NCBI RefSeq assembly: GCF_009914755.1
Contig: NC_060926.1
Direction: 5' to 3' (one strand)
Source: the human T2T-CHM13v2.0 reference genome, Homo sapiens
DNA length: 64,000 nucleotides
Shown: positions 1-13,700 of the stretch, one piece after another
Layout of the letters: each line of letters starts with the position of its first letter
Numbering within the stretch: the stretch's first letter is position 1
Notes under the pieces: model-generated
Database searches by the model: none
What the model saw: the letters and a program-made list of their open reading frames with translations, nothing else
What the model was told of the DNA's origin: nothing
Program-made: the position numbers and the translations under genes

Positions 1-718
1 CTGTAATCATACCTTTTATTGATTATTTCTTAAGTAAATAAAAGTCTGCAAATCGAACTAAATTATGTTGCTCTTGCTGTTGATCTTCCATAAAAGATTT
101 TCATGAACTTTAATAATTACAGTTGCTTTTGTGGAAGTTTTTGTACCTTAAAATTTAAATCAGTTTAATATGTATTTAAATTAGTTTTACTAGAAGTGAA
201 ACATTAGGAATAACACTTTAAAAACTTCTCAATTTGCATATCATAGGCTGTAATTTTATCACTTTTTATACGGTAAAAAGTCATTTTGACTTTTAAACAA
301 AATACTATGTTTATGTACATATAGTAAAATTTAAATGTAGGTAGGTTTGAAGTGTAAGAAAATAAAAAAAATTTTTTTCTCCACCTCACAAAGATGTACT
401 TTTGTTTGAGTTTATATCATATTGTGGCTTTTCTATTGAGAAATATTTTTGTAATTACTTTAATAATCAAGCATTCTAACCAATTGATAAGCCATTTATT
501 TACATAGAATAAATTGAAAAAGATCTATATTTCTAATTTTTTCATTTCTCTCCTTTAAATTGTGTTTTTAATTTCAGTTTCTGGATATTAGAAATTTTGA
601 TTAGGAGTACATTGAATTATCCAAATAAGCTTAAACATAAAAAATTGAAGTATGGACTTAAACTAATTACTGATATTACTTTGTGAAAGTGTTTTTCTTG
701 CTGTCCCTTTTTTATTAG

Positions 719-896
719 GTGAGTGTGGTCCAAGATTCAGTAAACATATCAGGACATACTAATACAAATACTTTGAAGGTGCCTGAGTGTCGTCTAGCAG
801 AAGATTTAGGTAATCTCTGGGAAAACACAAGATTTACAGACTGCAGTTTTTTCGTGAGAGGACAAGAATTTAAAGCTCATAAATCTGTGCTTGCAG
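719..896 (+). CDS. SPOPL: SPOPL coding exon (end of MATH, start of BTB): [59 protein letters not shown]
   Basis: Polypyrimidine tract and AG at 717-718, GT donor at 897. 178 nt. Peptide is the SPOP-family MATH-BTB linker with the FKAHK(S/A)VLA motif. Confidence 0.97.
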
Positions 897-978
897 GTAC
901 TTTCTAGTTATGGGGTAATATAGTACATTTAAAAAAATGCATTTATGCATAAAATAATGATACATAATCTTGTTACAG

Positions 979-1034
979 CTCGATCTCCAGTTTTTAACGC
1001 CATGTTTGAACATGAAATGGAAGAAAGCAAAAAG
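979..1034 (+). CDS. SPOPL: SPOPL coding exon (BTB): (A)RSPVFNAMFEHEMEESKK
   Basis: ttacAG acceptor at 977-978, GTAAAC donor at 1035. 56 nt, in frame with the previous exon. Confidence 0.97.
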
Positions 1035-2500
1035 GTAAACATGGCTTAAAGGCTAATATTGAATTTATATAAACGTAAAGTAGTTGGGTGTATGTTTTAA
1101 AAGTAATAGTACAATGTTCTCATTGTCATACTGTGATAAGCAGGGAAAATTTTTACAAACAGGAAAAAAATGTGTTCTATAATAGAACAATAGATGTAGC
1201 TCAGTGTGGATGTGCAGTCAATATTCCAGAGAACAGCTATTTTTTATGCCCTTCTGGTAGGTAAATTGGATAGTTGTTATCCAAAAGGATAGTTATCCAA
1301 AGGACTGTTCTGGTCCATAGCTATTTGAGAAGTCTCTGTTCAAGGTATATATTCTCCCTTTGTAAGACTTTATGGATTGATTTTTGGAATCTGTTTTCTA
1401 GCAACAAAAATAACATAGATGACATCAGTATTATTGTATACCAACTGTAATCAGGATGTTACCTACTTGACTTCCCCAGATGTTTCTCTTTTACTTGTCA
1501 TCATGAAATGTAATTATGTTAGAGATCAGAGGTTGATTCTTTGCTGTTTGCATAACTTGTGAACCGTAGGGCTCCAGCTGGACAACTCCAGAGTTTTTTC
1601 ATGTGGCTCAATTTTATTCTTTCTGCAGAACTAGATGCTGCAATAAAATAACTGCTTTCTTTCTCCAAGTTTTGGTTTGGGGAGATGCTATGATCAGCCT
1701 TCTGATCACTTCCAAGTTGGGAGACATCAATGATGTCATATACTATTGACATCAAGGGGTCAGAAAAATTTGCTGTCATTTAGTTAGATATTTAGCTTTA
1801 TTGATCTCAGCAAAGAAACTAAATACAAAAACACGCAGTAAAAAAGCACTCTTTGGACTTGACTATTTTTCAGGTAAGCAAGGAAGTGCCAGTATATGAT
1901 AATACATGCCATTTTTGCAAATGGGAGAATTCTGAGGTAGTGGGCTTTATTGTTACCTCTAGTACCTTGCCCTACTTTTGCTTAATTCTGGGAATTAAGA
2001 ACTGTTTGTTACAGGATCTTAGGTGTTGTATTAGGACCTAGGGATTCAACAAAGAAAGGGTTAATAGCCAGTGTCCTTTAGAATACTGGTCAGAAACTTA
2101 ACACAGATGTATTTTATTTGGCTTATAGTTTTCTGTTTGTTTACTTGTTTTTTTTTTTAACTTTTTAATTGAAAAATTGGGGCTCCTTTTTCCACATGGT
2201 GGTGCTTGGCTTGGTCTGAATATCAGGATATGGGCTCTCCAGCTGGTCATGGTTCCCACCTCTCCGATAGTGCATGCTTTTCCTCTTGGACTTGTCCACT
2301 TCACTTTGCCGAAGTACTTAATGAAGTTTACCTACCTCAATTTTAAAGTAGAATTTAGAAATATCTGTGTATGTATATTTGAGTTATACACTATTTTAGT
2401 GTAGATTTAGGGCTTTTAAATTACTGTCAAAGATTCACTTTGGTTCATTTGTGTGTACTTTTTTTTTTTTTAACATTTTTGTGTTGTTTTTCGATATCAG

Positions 2501-2623
2501 AATCGAGTGGAAATAAATGATTTAGACCCTGAAGTTTTTAAAGAAATGATGAGATTCATTTACACAGGGAGAGCACCAAACCTTGACAAAATGGCTGACA
2601 ACTTGTTGGCAGCTGCAGACAAA
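2501..2623 (+). CDS. SPOPL: SPOPL coding exon (BTB): [41 protein letters not shown]
   Basis: T-rich tract and cAG ending at 2500, GTAAGT donor at 2624. 123 nt. Typical BTB FIYTG and LLAAADK motifs. Confidence 0.97.
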
Positions 2624-3466
2624 GTAAGTAATTAGGTCTTAAGGAACCAAAATATACCCTCAAGCTTGATTTATATAGAAAGCTGTCATCAAATGAAAAC
2701 TCCAAATAACTCGTATTTTGTAGATGGCTCTTGAGAGCTTTATGAAATAGCATACAGTGGGGTAATCTGGAAATGAAATTTTTTTTTAAAAGTCATGATG
2801 TGAAAGTATCTTGAGCCAGAAGGAAGTGGCTTTTTTCTTGGGAGAGTAACCTGTAAACTCAGTCGTTTTGAGTGTATATGGACTTCCATTTAAAAGAACA
2901 CACACAGTGACATATATAATTTTCAGATATTTTTAGTCTTGAGATATAGTGCATGACCTTTTTTAAAAAAAGGAAAAAATATTGGATATTATGTAACTTA
3001 ATTCTCTCCACATAGAGATTGTTTTTTTATTATGACAGCATAGAGCAAAAACAATATTAATAATTTTATAATACTTTTTTGTAATGATGATTTTTTTGAA
3101 GGTAGAGAAACTGCAAAAAACATCAGAAAAATCTCTAAGCCAATGGTTTTCAATCCTAAAAGCACATTCAGTATACAAGTTCACATATGCATGTATGTAT
3201 GTATATATGTACGTATGCATGTGTATGTGTCGATGGATGGTATGTGTGTATATATACACATCATTTGAAAAATGTTACCATTGGGGAAATTGGACCAAGT
3301 GTGTATATGGAATCTATTTTTTCTGACAACTGCACATGAATCTATGACTGTCTCAATAAAAACTTAAATTAAAAACACCATTTACAATAGCAGCATCATC
3401 AGTATTAAATACATAGATATACATTTGAAAAAAGAGGGTTAAAACCTACACATTGAAAATTACAAA

Positions 3467-3702
3467 GGTATTATGTGATGCTGAGGTTTGGGGTATGATT
3501 GACCCCATCACCCAGGTAATGATGATAGTACCCAATAATAGGTAAGTTTTCAGCCCTTGCCCCCCTCCCTCTCTACCCCCTCAAGGAGTCCTCAGTGTCT
3601 GTTGTTCCCATCTTTATGTCCGTGGCATTACACAGGATACCTTTGTAACAAACCTGCACATGTATCTCCCTGTTTCTACAATAAAAGTTGAAAAGAAAAA
3701 AA
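3467..3702 (+). mobile_element. 5'-inverted, truncated L1 (L1PB/old L1PA-like 3'UTR) with 12-bp TSD
   Basis: 3467-~3622 is antisense L1 3'UTR and ~3623-3702 is the sense 3' end with an A-rich tail. TSD gaaaattacaaa at 3455-3466 and 3703-3714. Confidence 0.8.
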
Positions 3703-4131
3703 GAAAATTACAAAATATGCCAAAAGAAACTCAGGAAGACTTAAATAAGTACATAAATCTTGTCCATGGACTGAAAGTCTCAATATTGTTAAAATGTCAG
3801 TTGTCTTTAAAATTGATAGTAGACGCAGCATGTTCCTCTCAAGATCCTAGCAGTCTTTTTTCTTTTTTTTTTTTCAGAAGTTGACAAGCTGATTTAAAAT
3901 TTTATTATAATAACTTTGGGGAAAAAAAGAATAAAGTAGAGGACTAACACTACTTGATATCATGACTTACTATAAAGCTTTAGAAATTAAGACAGTGTTG
4001 TATTGGTGTTAAGATGGGCAAATAATGGAACAGAATAAAGAATATGAATATGAAAATAGACCATCACATTATGAATATTTAATTTTTGACAAAAGTGCAA
4101 AGACAGTTCAGTAGAAAAAGGATAATCTTTA

Positions 4132-4689
<558 letters not shown>

Positions 4690-4891
4690 TTAGCCACAAA
4701 CTGGGAGAAAATATTTGCACAGCAGATATCTAATGAACAACTTTTATTCAGAATATATCTGACTTTTGTATTCAGACTATATAAAGAATTCTCAAAACTC
4801 AGTTATAAGAAAACAATGTTATTTCTAAAAGACAAAACGTTTGAGCAAACATTTTCTGAAATAATGTCTGAAATACATAAAAAGATATTCT

Positions 4892-5182
4892 AGTCAAGCA
4901 TGGTGGCTCACACCTGTAATCCCAACACGTTAGGAGGCCTGGGCTGGAATATCACTTGAGCCCAGGGGTTTGAAACCAGCCTATGCAACATAGTAAGTCC
5001 CCATCTCTACAAAAAAAAATTTTTTTAATTAGCCTGGTGTGGTGCCATGTGCCTTTAATCCCAGCTACTCAGGAGGCTGAGATGGGAGGATTCCTTTAGC
5101 CCAGGAGGTCAAGACTATAATGAGCCCTAATTGTGCCACTGCACTCCAGCCTGGGCAACAGAGCAAGACCCTGTCTCAAAAA
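4892..5182 (+). mobile_element. Alu (AluJ-like), intronic
   Basis: Diverged dimer with AluJ-like right arm; degenerate TSD aaagata(t/c)tc. Confidence 0.9.
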
Positions 5183-6403
5183 TGAAAGATACTCAACATC
5201 ATTAGGTCGTTAGGGAAATGTAAATTCAAGCCATCATTAGATATTCCTGCACATCATTATAATGGCTAAAAGTACAAAGACCATACTAAGTGTTATCAAG
5301 GATGTGGAAGAATAGAATTCTCATGTTAAAGACACGGAAAAATTAGGGCTCTCGTGTGCTGTTGATGGAAATGTAAAATGGTACAACCACTTTGGAAAAG
5401 TGTTTGACAGTTTCTCAGAAAGTTAAACATAAACTTACACTGTGATCCAGTGAGTCCAATTTTAGGTTTTTACCTAAGTGGAAAGAAAGCATATGCCCAT
5501 ACAGACACTTGTATATGACTAACAGCTTCATTTGTAACAGCCAAGAACTGGTAACAACCCAAATATTCATCAGCAGTTGAATGTGTAAAACATATTGTTG
5601 TATATCTATGTATGATGGAATAAAAAGGATTGAACTATTGATAGGCAATAACATTCATGATTCTCAAAATAATTATACTGAATGAAGGAGTCAGACAAAA
5701 ACAAACATGTAATATGTTATTTCATTTATAGAAAACTCCAGAAAATGCAGACTAATCTATAGTGATAGAAAGCATATCAGAGGTATCACCTAGGGTGGGG
5801 CAAGAGGGAAAGATTACAAAGATGTAGAGGGAAACTTTGAGGGACAATTGGTATATTTATTGTAGAGTTAATGATGGTTTTATGGCTGTATAAACTTAGC
5901 AGAAGGTGAACCTTATGTGTACTTTATTGTGTGTCAGTTATACCTTAGTAAAGCTGCTCAACATGTTATATAACATACACTAATACCTGCAAGAATGTTT
6001 AGTGGTTATAAATACGATTTATTTAACGTTACAATGAATTCATCCTTCAATACTGAGTGGTGGCAACATGCAGTATACTTGGTGGTACACATTAGTGTTT
6101 GAAGTAGTAGACAAGAGAAGTATATTTATTAAGAATATTGAGTAATAAGGTAGCTTTTTAGAATAAATCCTACTTCAAAAATACGCTTATGCAAATTGCA
6201 GTTTCCTAAAGAAAATTAGTCTTTCTTCTAAGTGCATTTGTTTATATTTACTTCGTATTAGGTTAAAACAGTAACTTAAAGAATTTTAAAATAATCTTAA
6301 ATAATAATCTATTTTACCCTTATTTTCCAAGTTGCAAATGTATCATGTATTCAGGAACTTAGTTGGAGTAAATGTTTAATGGTTATGTTTTCATTTTGGA
6401 TAG

Positions 6404-6546
6404 TATGCACTGGAACGGCTGAAGGTCATGTGCGAAGAAGCTTTGTGTAGTAACCTCTCAGTAGAGAATGTTGCAGATACCCTTGTCCTTGCAGATTTGC
6501 ACAGTGCAGAACAGTTGAAAGCACAAGCCATAGACTTTATTAATAG
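6404..6546 (+). CDS. SPOPL: SPOPL coding exon (BTB end, 3-box/BACK): [47 protein letters not shown](R)
   Basis: tAG acceptor at 6402-6403, GTAAGC donor at 6547. 143 nt, in frame. Confidence 0.97.
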
Positions 6547-6635
6547 GTAAGCTATGCTTGTATTTCAGTGGGCATGACAACTTCAATATTTTTTCTCTGG
6601 ACTTTTTTTTAAGTATGTTTAAATCTTCAATGCAG

Positions 6636-6689
6636 GTGCAGTGTACTTCGACAACTTGGGTGTAAAGATGGGAAAAACTGGAACAGCAA
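6636..6689 (+). CDS. SPOPL: SPOPL-specific 54-nt exon encoding the 18-aa BACK-domain insert (R)CSVLRQLGCKDGKNWNS(N)
   Basis: tgcAG acceptor at 6634-6635, GTAAGA donor at 6690. Phase 2-2. This insert distinguishes SPOPL from SPOP. Confidence 0.95.
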
Positions 6690-7418
6690 GTAAGATGACA
6701 TCAGTTTCTGACTCAAAGTTGCTCTACATAAGTGAGATTAAGTGTTTGCATAGCCTTTTGTTCATCTACAATAAGTATGAATCCAAATGTTACATGAAGC
6801 AAACTGCCAGTTATTAAAAACAAACAAAGACTACTTAGTGGATTCCTGAGGCTATGCTCCCTTGTAGGTCAGCTTCTAATGCAACCTCGGATGGATGCTG
6901 TAATATCTTAAGCGCATAATGCCATGTAGTATATAGCAGAGTCCAGGTATTGCTAGAGATCTAGTCCATGCCCCTTCAGAAAGCATTCCAAAAAGTGTGG
7001 GAAATAATTCATTTACTCCTATGAGGAATGTTACCCTCCAGATTTGCTGAGAAAGCCTTTACATTTGAAGGCTGACTCACTGCTTCTTAGGTTAGCCAGG
7101 TACCTTGAGTAATATGCTATATTAGGCTAGCTTCCTAATAGTCCAAAAATGGTAGCAATTTGATATTCCCTTTTCCCTAGTGAACCTGTAAGGGGTTGGA
7201 TAGTTGCTATATCTTTCTAAGACTGGATCTTGTGAATATGAACATACTATTCTACTTTTTTCCCTTCTCTTACTTTTCATGACTTTTATATTCTTTGTTA
7301 TTATTTGAAATCACAATGGGGAAAGAAGTCAATAGGTTGAAGTGTTTGCATCTGCTTTTGATTAGTTTTGCCTATAAACCCTTAAATTTCCTTTCCTCAA
7401 ATTATCAAAAGTTGATAA

Positions 7419-7729
<311 letters not shown>

Positions 7730-8237
7730 AAAAATTTTTAAAGAAGGAAATGAATTAGTTTGTTGACTTAATTATTTCCCATTGCTTTAATCTGTTTTGA
7801 TATATGTTAAGTTGTTTAACTGAGTTCATCTTATTAGTTTGTAGATTCTGTTTTCTGAAAGTAAAAAGTAGTGACTACTTTAAAATTATTGGTTGTCTTG
7901 TATAATACGTTGGTCAGTGTATGCTAATATGATATCATTATGGCATTTGATCCTAGAGAAAAATTGTTTTGAGTTTAAAGTATACTATATTAGCATCAAA
8001 TGGCAATTTATGATCCTTTGTACTTAGCCATTTTCAAGCTCTAGTTTTACTCTAAGGAAATACTTCACATTTTATAACTTTTTCAGTGTCAAAAAAAATA
8101 GCTTGTTTTGTACCCCCTTGGAGAAGCTGTATTCATATTCATCAATAGATATTTATTAATAAATGAAAAAGGTGTAATTGGTATCTATGTGATTCTAAAC
8201 AACTAATTGAAATTTTGAACACAATGACACACTGGTA

Positions 8238-8317
8238 TTAGGCTGATGCAAAAGTAATTGCAGATTTTGGCATTACTTTTAATGGCAAAAACCACAATTA
8301 CTTTTGCACCAATCTAA
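8238..8317. mobile_element. MADE1 (Hsmar1-derived MITE), 80 bp
   Basis: TTAGGCTGATGCAAAAGTAATTGC...CAATTACTTTTGCACCAATCTAA terminal inverted repeats, with TA at 8236-8237 and 8318-8319. Confidence 0.93.
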
Positions 8318-8369
8318 TAATTTGATGTTTGCCAACTTAAAAAATTGTTTTGTTGGTATCAGCTACTAT

Positions 8370-9066
8370 TTAGTTCAGCAGACATTACTCTAGCATCTTC
8401 TGTGTTTCAAGTACAATGCTAGGGTGCTGCATATAAAAAAAATTTCAAGGGAAAATTCTTGGTCTTGGGAAAGTTATCTAATAGAGATAGATATATAAAT
8501 ATATCATTTCATTATAATATGGTAAGTAATACAATAGAAGAGAATATGTACAAGCACTTGACTAACCCTGGAAATTTAGAAATGGCTTCCTGGATATAGC
8601 TGAGTCTTAAAACACAAATAGGAGTTAGCAGAAGTAAGAAGGAAGTAGCAAGCATTGCAGACAGAAGGGACAGCATGAACCAAAGTATAGAAGCGTAAAG
8701 TAGTAGTTGATCATTCATTTGACAGATACTTATCCTTTATTATCCAGTAAATTCCCAAGTCACAGTGCACAGTATAGAGAATACAGTGGTGAGCATGACA
8801 TATATTTTCCCTGCCTTCACGGAGTTTATGGTCTAGCAGCAGATTAAACAGCTAATTGCAGTAAAGCGTGATGATAGGGAATATGTAGCATACCCATAGG
8901 AGCATATAGCAGAGACTTAACCTAATCTAGGAATCAGAGCACAAAACTAAATGCCGGAAATATTGTAGAGGTTACCTTGGTGAAGAAGAGGGAAGAGAGG
9001 AAGAAAAGTACACCCCAGAAAAAGGAAATGAGATGCGCAAAGTTTTAACAATGAGAAAGAGCAGTA

Positions 9067-9117
<51 letters not shown>

Positions 9118-10470
9118 GCGGGCGGGGAGGTAGTTAATGAGAAGAAGCTGGAGAAAGTAGGCAGAGATCAGACCCTGAAAGGCCATGTAAAATAACATTA
9201 GAATTTTTAGATATTCAGAGTAGTAGGTGTCCAGTAAAGGGTTTTCACCCAGAGTGGGACATGATTAGTTTTGCATTTTTAACAATCTCTGCATGCAGGG
9301 TGGAGAACGAATTGTGGGGAGGTTGCGGTGGCAATAGTAGTTGAGAAACAAGGTTGAATACAGGTAGACCAGTTGGAAAGTTACTAGAGTAGTTCAGGCA
9401 AGAGATGAACGGTGGAAATTAGACTTGATTGGTGACAGTGGGGCTAGAGAGAAAAGAAAGTAAGAAATATTTTGAAGGGAGAATCTAATATTTGGATATT
9501 ATTTGGATGGTAGATGGCATAAAGTAGAGAATTGAGGCAAGGAAGGGTAACTAGATTTGTTGCTTAAGCATTTATTTACGGTTATTGTTTGGTGAGAGCA
9601 TAGTGTACATAGGGTACAATAAGCAGTTCAATATCAGAGTATAAAATGCCAGATCATGGAAGTGGGAGGTAGGAAGTGGGGGGTAGAGTAAGAAACCAAA
9701 CATAATATGATGCTGTATTTCTCTTTCTAAAAAACTTGGATATGGGCAGTGGGGAACAATGAAGAGGGCCTCATATAGTCATATTTGTGTTACCAAGGGA
9801 ACATTATGGAAGCTTGGTTTAAGAGGAGCAGGAAACTAGAAGACCACTTAGGAGTCTGTTGTCATAATCCAAACGTGAGATGATGTGGGCCTTAAACTGG
9901 GATTCAGGACATCTTTGAAGCCTTTCAAACCTTAAAATAAGGTTTTGATGATTGGAGAGGAGAGTCTAGGGTGACTGCCAGATTTCCAGCTTGCATCACT
10001 GGATGATGGTGGAAGCTTTAGGTGACTGGAAAGGTAGGAGGAAGAATTTGGGGTTGGGGAGAGGGATGATGAGCTCTCATCTGACAATCCTGAATTTATG
10101 GGTCTTGAGGCACATCCAAGTGAAAAAAACAAGTGGCTGCGAATGAACCTTGTGTGGAACCCTAGAATTTAGCAAATCGGTAGTTAACATCATTGAATTT
10201 CATAGTTAAAATTGTGAAGAGTGGATGAGATAGAATTAGTAATGCATGTTAAGGGGGGAGAGTAGAGTCCAATATTTGTAACTCAAGAGAAAATCTGCCT
10301 TATAAGAGGCATGTAAAAGAAGAGAAAGGGACTCTTGAAAGAGCTGGTACAGAAATTGTAACAATGAGAGTTGAACTATGAAGACCCATGTCACATACTT
10401 TAAGGGAGCCGAACTTCCAGAAAAATTTAATAGTTTCAGTTGCCACAGAAGATACCAGTAAGATAAAGAT
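8370..10470 (-). mobile_element. L2 LINE fragments
   Basis: Antisense L2 3' ends (tcattcatttgacagatact; ttagttcagcagacatt) and purine-rich L2-like body. Boundaries approximate. Confidence 0.6.
9069..9116. repeat. (GT)24 microsatellite
   Basis: Perfect dinucleotide run. Confidence 0.97.
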
Positions 10471-10617
10471 GGTATTTTAATAAAAGCAAATGATTTGAAT
10501 ACATAGGTAAAAAGTGTTCAAATATTTTGAAATTTGCAAGTTTTTAAGAAATTAACAGTGCAATAGTGCATTTTGAAAAGTATTCTTTAGTAAATATCTT
10601 TTAATTCTATTTTTCAG

Positions 10618-10762
10618 CCAAGCAACCGACATAATGGAAACATCAGGGTGGAAGTCCATGATTCAGTCTCACCCTCATTTAGTAGCAGAAGCCTTTCGAG
10701 CACTAGCATCTGCACAGTGTCCACAGTTTGGCATTCCACGCAAACGGCTAAAACAGTCCTGA
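10618..10762 (+). CDS. SPOPL: SPOPL last coding exon: [47 protein letters not shown]
   Basis: ttttcAG acceptor at 10616-10617, TGA at 10760-10762. Ends in the basic PRKRLKQS segment typical of the SPOP family. Confidence 0.97.
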
Positions 10763-13700
10763 AATCTTCCATGAACAGTTGAAAAATGGAATTGACTTTC
10801 ACTCCTCCAGGTCCAGAAGGATTCTAATACACAAACCATAAGCAAGAGTTGTTTCTGTTATTTTGTCCACAGAACAGAAGCTGAAAAAGCATATTGCTTG
10901 CATTTCAGGTGGATAATTTATGGTTTATTCTTCAGCTTTAAATTAGACTGATTAATTCACTTCAAGGCCTTAAATTATCTTCAATGACTTCTCTTGTTCA
11001 TATAATACTTTAATTTTTTTTTATTGTGCCTTGTCATTTTGACCAAGGCTATGCAGGATTGCACTAGCTCCATAATGCAGTAATATTGATAACTGAAGAT
11101 ACTAAGTTTCAAAAGGATCTTCCATTATTTTGCAAAAAGAAAAATGAATTTTATAGGGTTTGTCCTATGCTATCTCAAAGTTTAAGTTCTCTTTAAAAGC
11201 ACTTGTATTGGAGATTACCAGTAATATCTCCAATCTAAGTTCTATAAATATGGGAGAACCCTCTTACCTTCAAGGTAAGTTATGGCAATACACTGCTTCA
11301 ATTCTAATTTATTTTTCATTTCAGGGGGCAAATATGCAATGAGTTGGCCTAGATTTTTAGTGACATTTATGATGTTTGTCTTGTATGTTAACTGTCCAAC
11401 AAACTGTGGGTTTATTCTAAGTTTACAATTATTGAGAACTGATTGAGGTTAAGATTTCATGAAGAAAGCATGTATTGTGTGGAAGTAATTTTTTTTTAAT
11501 TTATACTGACCTACATTTATACGAAGAATTCTGTACATGTTAAAAGTAAGGATGACCAAATGCAAATTTAATGAGTGGGCCAATTAAGAAAGATACATAT
11601 GCACTTTTACTGTGTAACTTTTGTATGCTGAATGGTACATATATTTTTTTGCTTTTGAGGGAATTAATAAGGTATAATTAATTGTGTCTTAACTTTTCAA
11701 AGAAATTTTTAGATGGAGGCAACTGGGATGTTTGTGATAATAGATGAGAAAGACATCCTTGATTGTAGTTAAATTGGTTTGGATTACAGATATTCATTAT
11801 TGAATTGACTCCTATTTTCTCACACTTTGGAAAAGACACCTGAACAATAAATGAATCCTGGATAGTCTACTCTCCTTCAAACAATTAACTGATACTTGCC
11901 TTTGGGAGATGCATACAAAAGGAGAGAACCCTTAGACTATGTCAGGTCACACTAGGAACCTCCCCTCACTCCCCGTTTTTCTTCATTGTGTTTCAGTTAC
12001 TGTACTAACATTGTGGATGATACTGAAATTCTGCATAATGTGAACAGGATAAACTATTTATAAACTGCTTTTCATGGGCCAGTTCTTTATTATAAATGAA
12101 TTTTAGCTTTAAATGCATATACACGTTCAGTGTTTGATAGTTGTGTTCTTAAGGGAGGTTTGTTCTGGTGCATTGTCCTGGAGAAGCAGAAGCAGTCAGT
12201 GTTGGGGTACCACATCTGACTTACTGTGGTGGTGACCAGTGTGCTTCTTAAGGGCAAGATTTATATTTGACCACAAGGGAAAAAGTGTGTCACTGGAAAA
12301 AAACGCATATACCTATGTTTGCAAACATAACTATTCTTCAGATTAAAATTTGTATAATTTGTTTATTTAATGTTTTAATTCAGGACAAAAGAAAAAATGA
12401 AGCTTGAGGTGTTTTCAAATAGACCTTATTTTTGCTATCTCTTTGTTAGGTGTTAACTGAAGCAATTCGAATATGTCCAGATTCATTTGGATTCATATTT
12501 ACATTGAAAAAACTCAACTAAGCATTTGTTATCCACAACAACCTAGAGTTTAAAAAGATCGTATTTTCACCTGTCTTCATTACTTTCTATGTAGTTTCAT
12601 TCTTTGTCGTGGTAACTTAAATTTGAAATTGGAAGAATCTCTTGGGATAGAAGAAAGATTCTTACCTGGTGATGGAACTTCATACTTCATCCTGTGTAAG
12701 AGTATTATGGGAAGTAGAAATTCACTTCCTTAAATCCATCGTAAGATTGAGCCTCAAGTTTGCAATATACAATTTTAAAAATACACATACATACATACAT
12801 ATGTATACATTTCCAGTTTTAAGATTTTGCGAGGGTCTTATAAGAAAACAAAAATTCCCTCAGGCTATAGAATTATGTTGTCATATATCAGAAAAGTACT
12901 GATGTATCCATTTATATCCAATGCGCACCACACCGGCACATTGTGATTTAATTCACCGCTTGAATCTATATTTCTAACCACAGTGACTTCAGTAAAAATA
13001 CCGTATAATGAACATTTCAGCTTCTTCTTACTTACTCGAGAGTTTATTGCAAATCTTAAGGATTTTATTATAAAGATTTTTTTTTTAGTTTGGTAGCACA
13101 TTTTGTACCAAAAATGTCAAACACTGTGCTGTAAGAATATCCATGTTTGTAGAAATGTCCACTTTTCAGATAATATAATGCCTACCATTATACTAACAGA
13201 ATCATATGGTAGTTGATTTATTTTTTTATTTATTATGTATATTTTTGGTATTGTGGGTTCTTGAGGCAATGATAAAAACACTTAATGTATTCTGACATGA
13301 GTGCTCTAATAGCCTCCTTCTCCTCATTTTTAAACTGCATACATTACTTTCAAAATAGGTATAGATATTCTGTCCCGCCTTTTGAGCTATTAGCCTGTTC
13401 CTGTTTCCCTTTGTCACCTAAGCAAGGCTTTTTCTGAGAAGGTAGTGAATGGTTTCAAATGTTGCATACTATAAGAATAATCATTGGGTAACTGTTGTTT
13501 AGACCAACACTTAGAAATACTATATTTGTGCCTTTTCATTTTTAATTTTAATGTGTGTTGATATTTGGAGCACAAATAATGAAGGTGCCATAATATGGCT
13601 TGCCAATGTTACCTCCTTGAATAGTCATGTGTCATTGTCTTGAATTGGTAATTGGAGAACCTTGCATGAAATATGTGATCGTGTGTGTGTGTGTGTATGC

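Noticed and set aside
1268-1303. Short tandem duplications (ggatagtt(gtt)atccaaa here; tataaagacagc twice at 14351-14374; cctattctga twice near 51503-51523)
   Set aside because: Ordinary slippage-type microduplications with two copies and no spacers; not CRISPR-like.
1519-1779. 86-aa antisense intronic ORF
   Set aside because: No recognisable homology or gene structure; length is within chance expectation.
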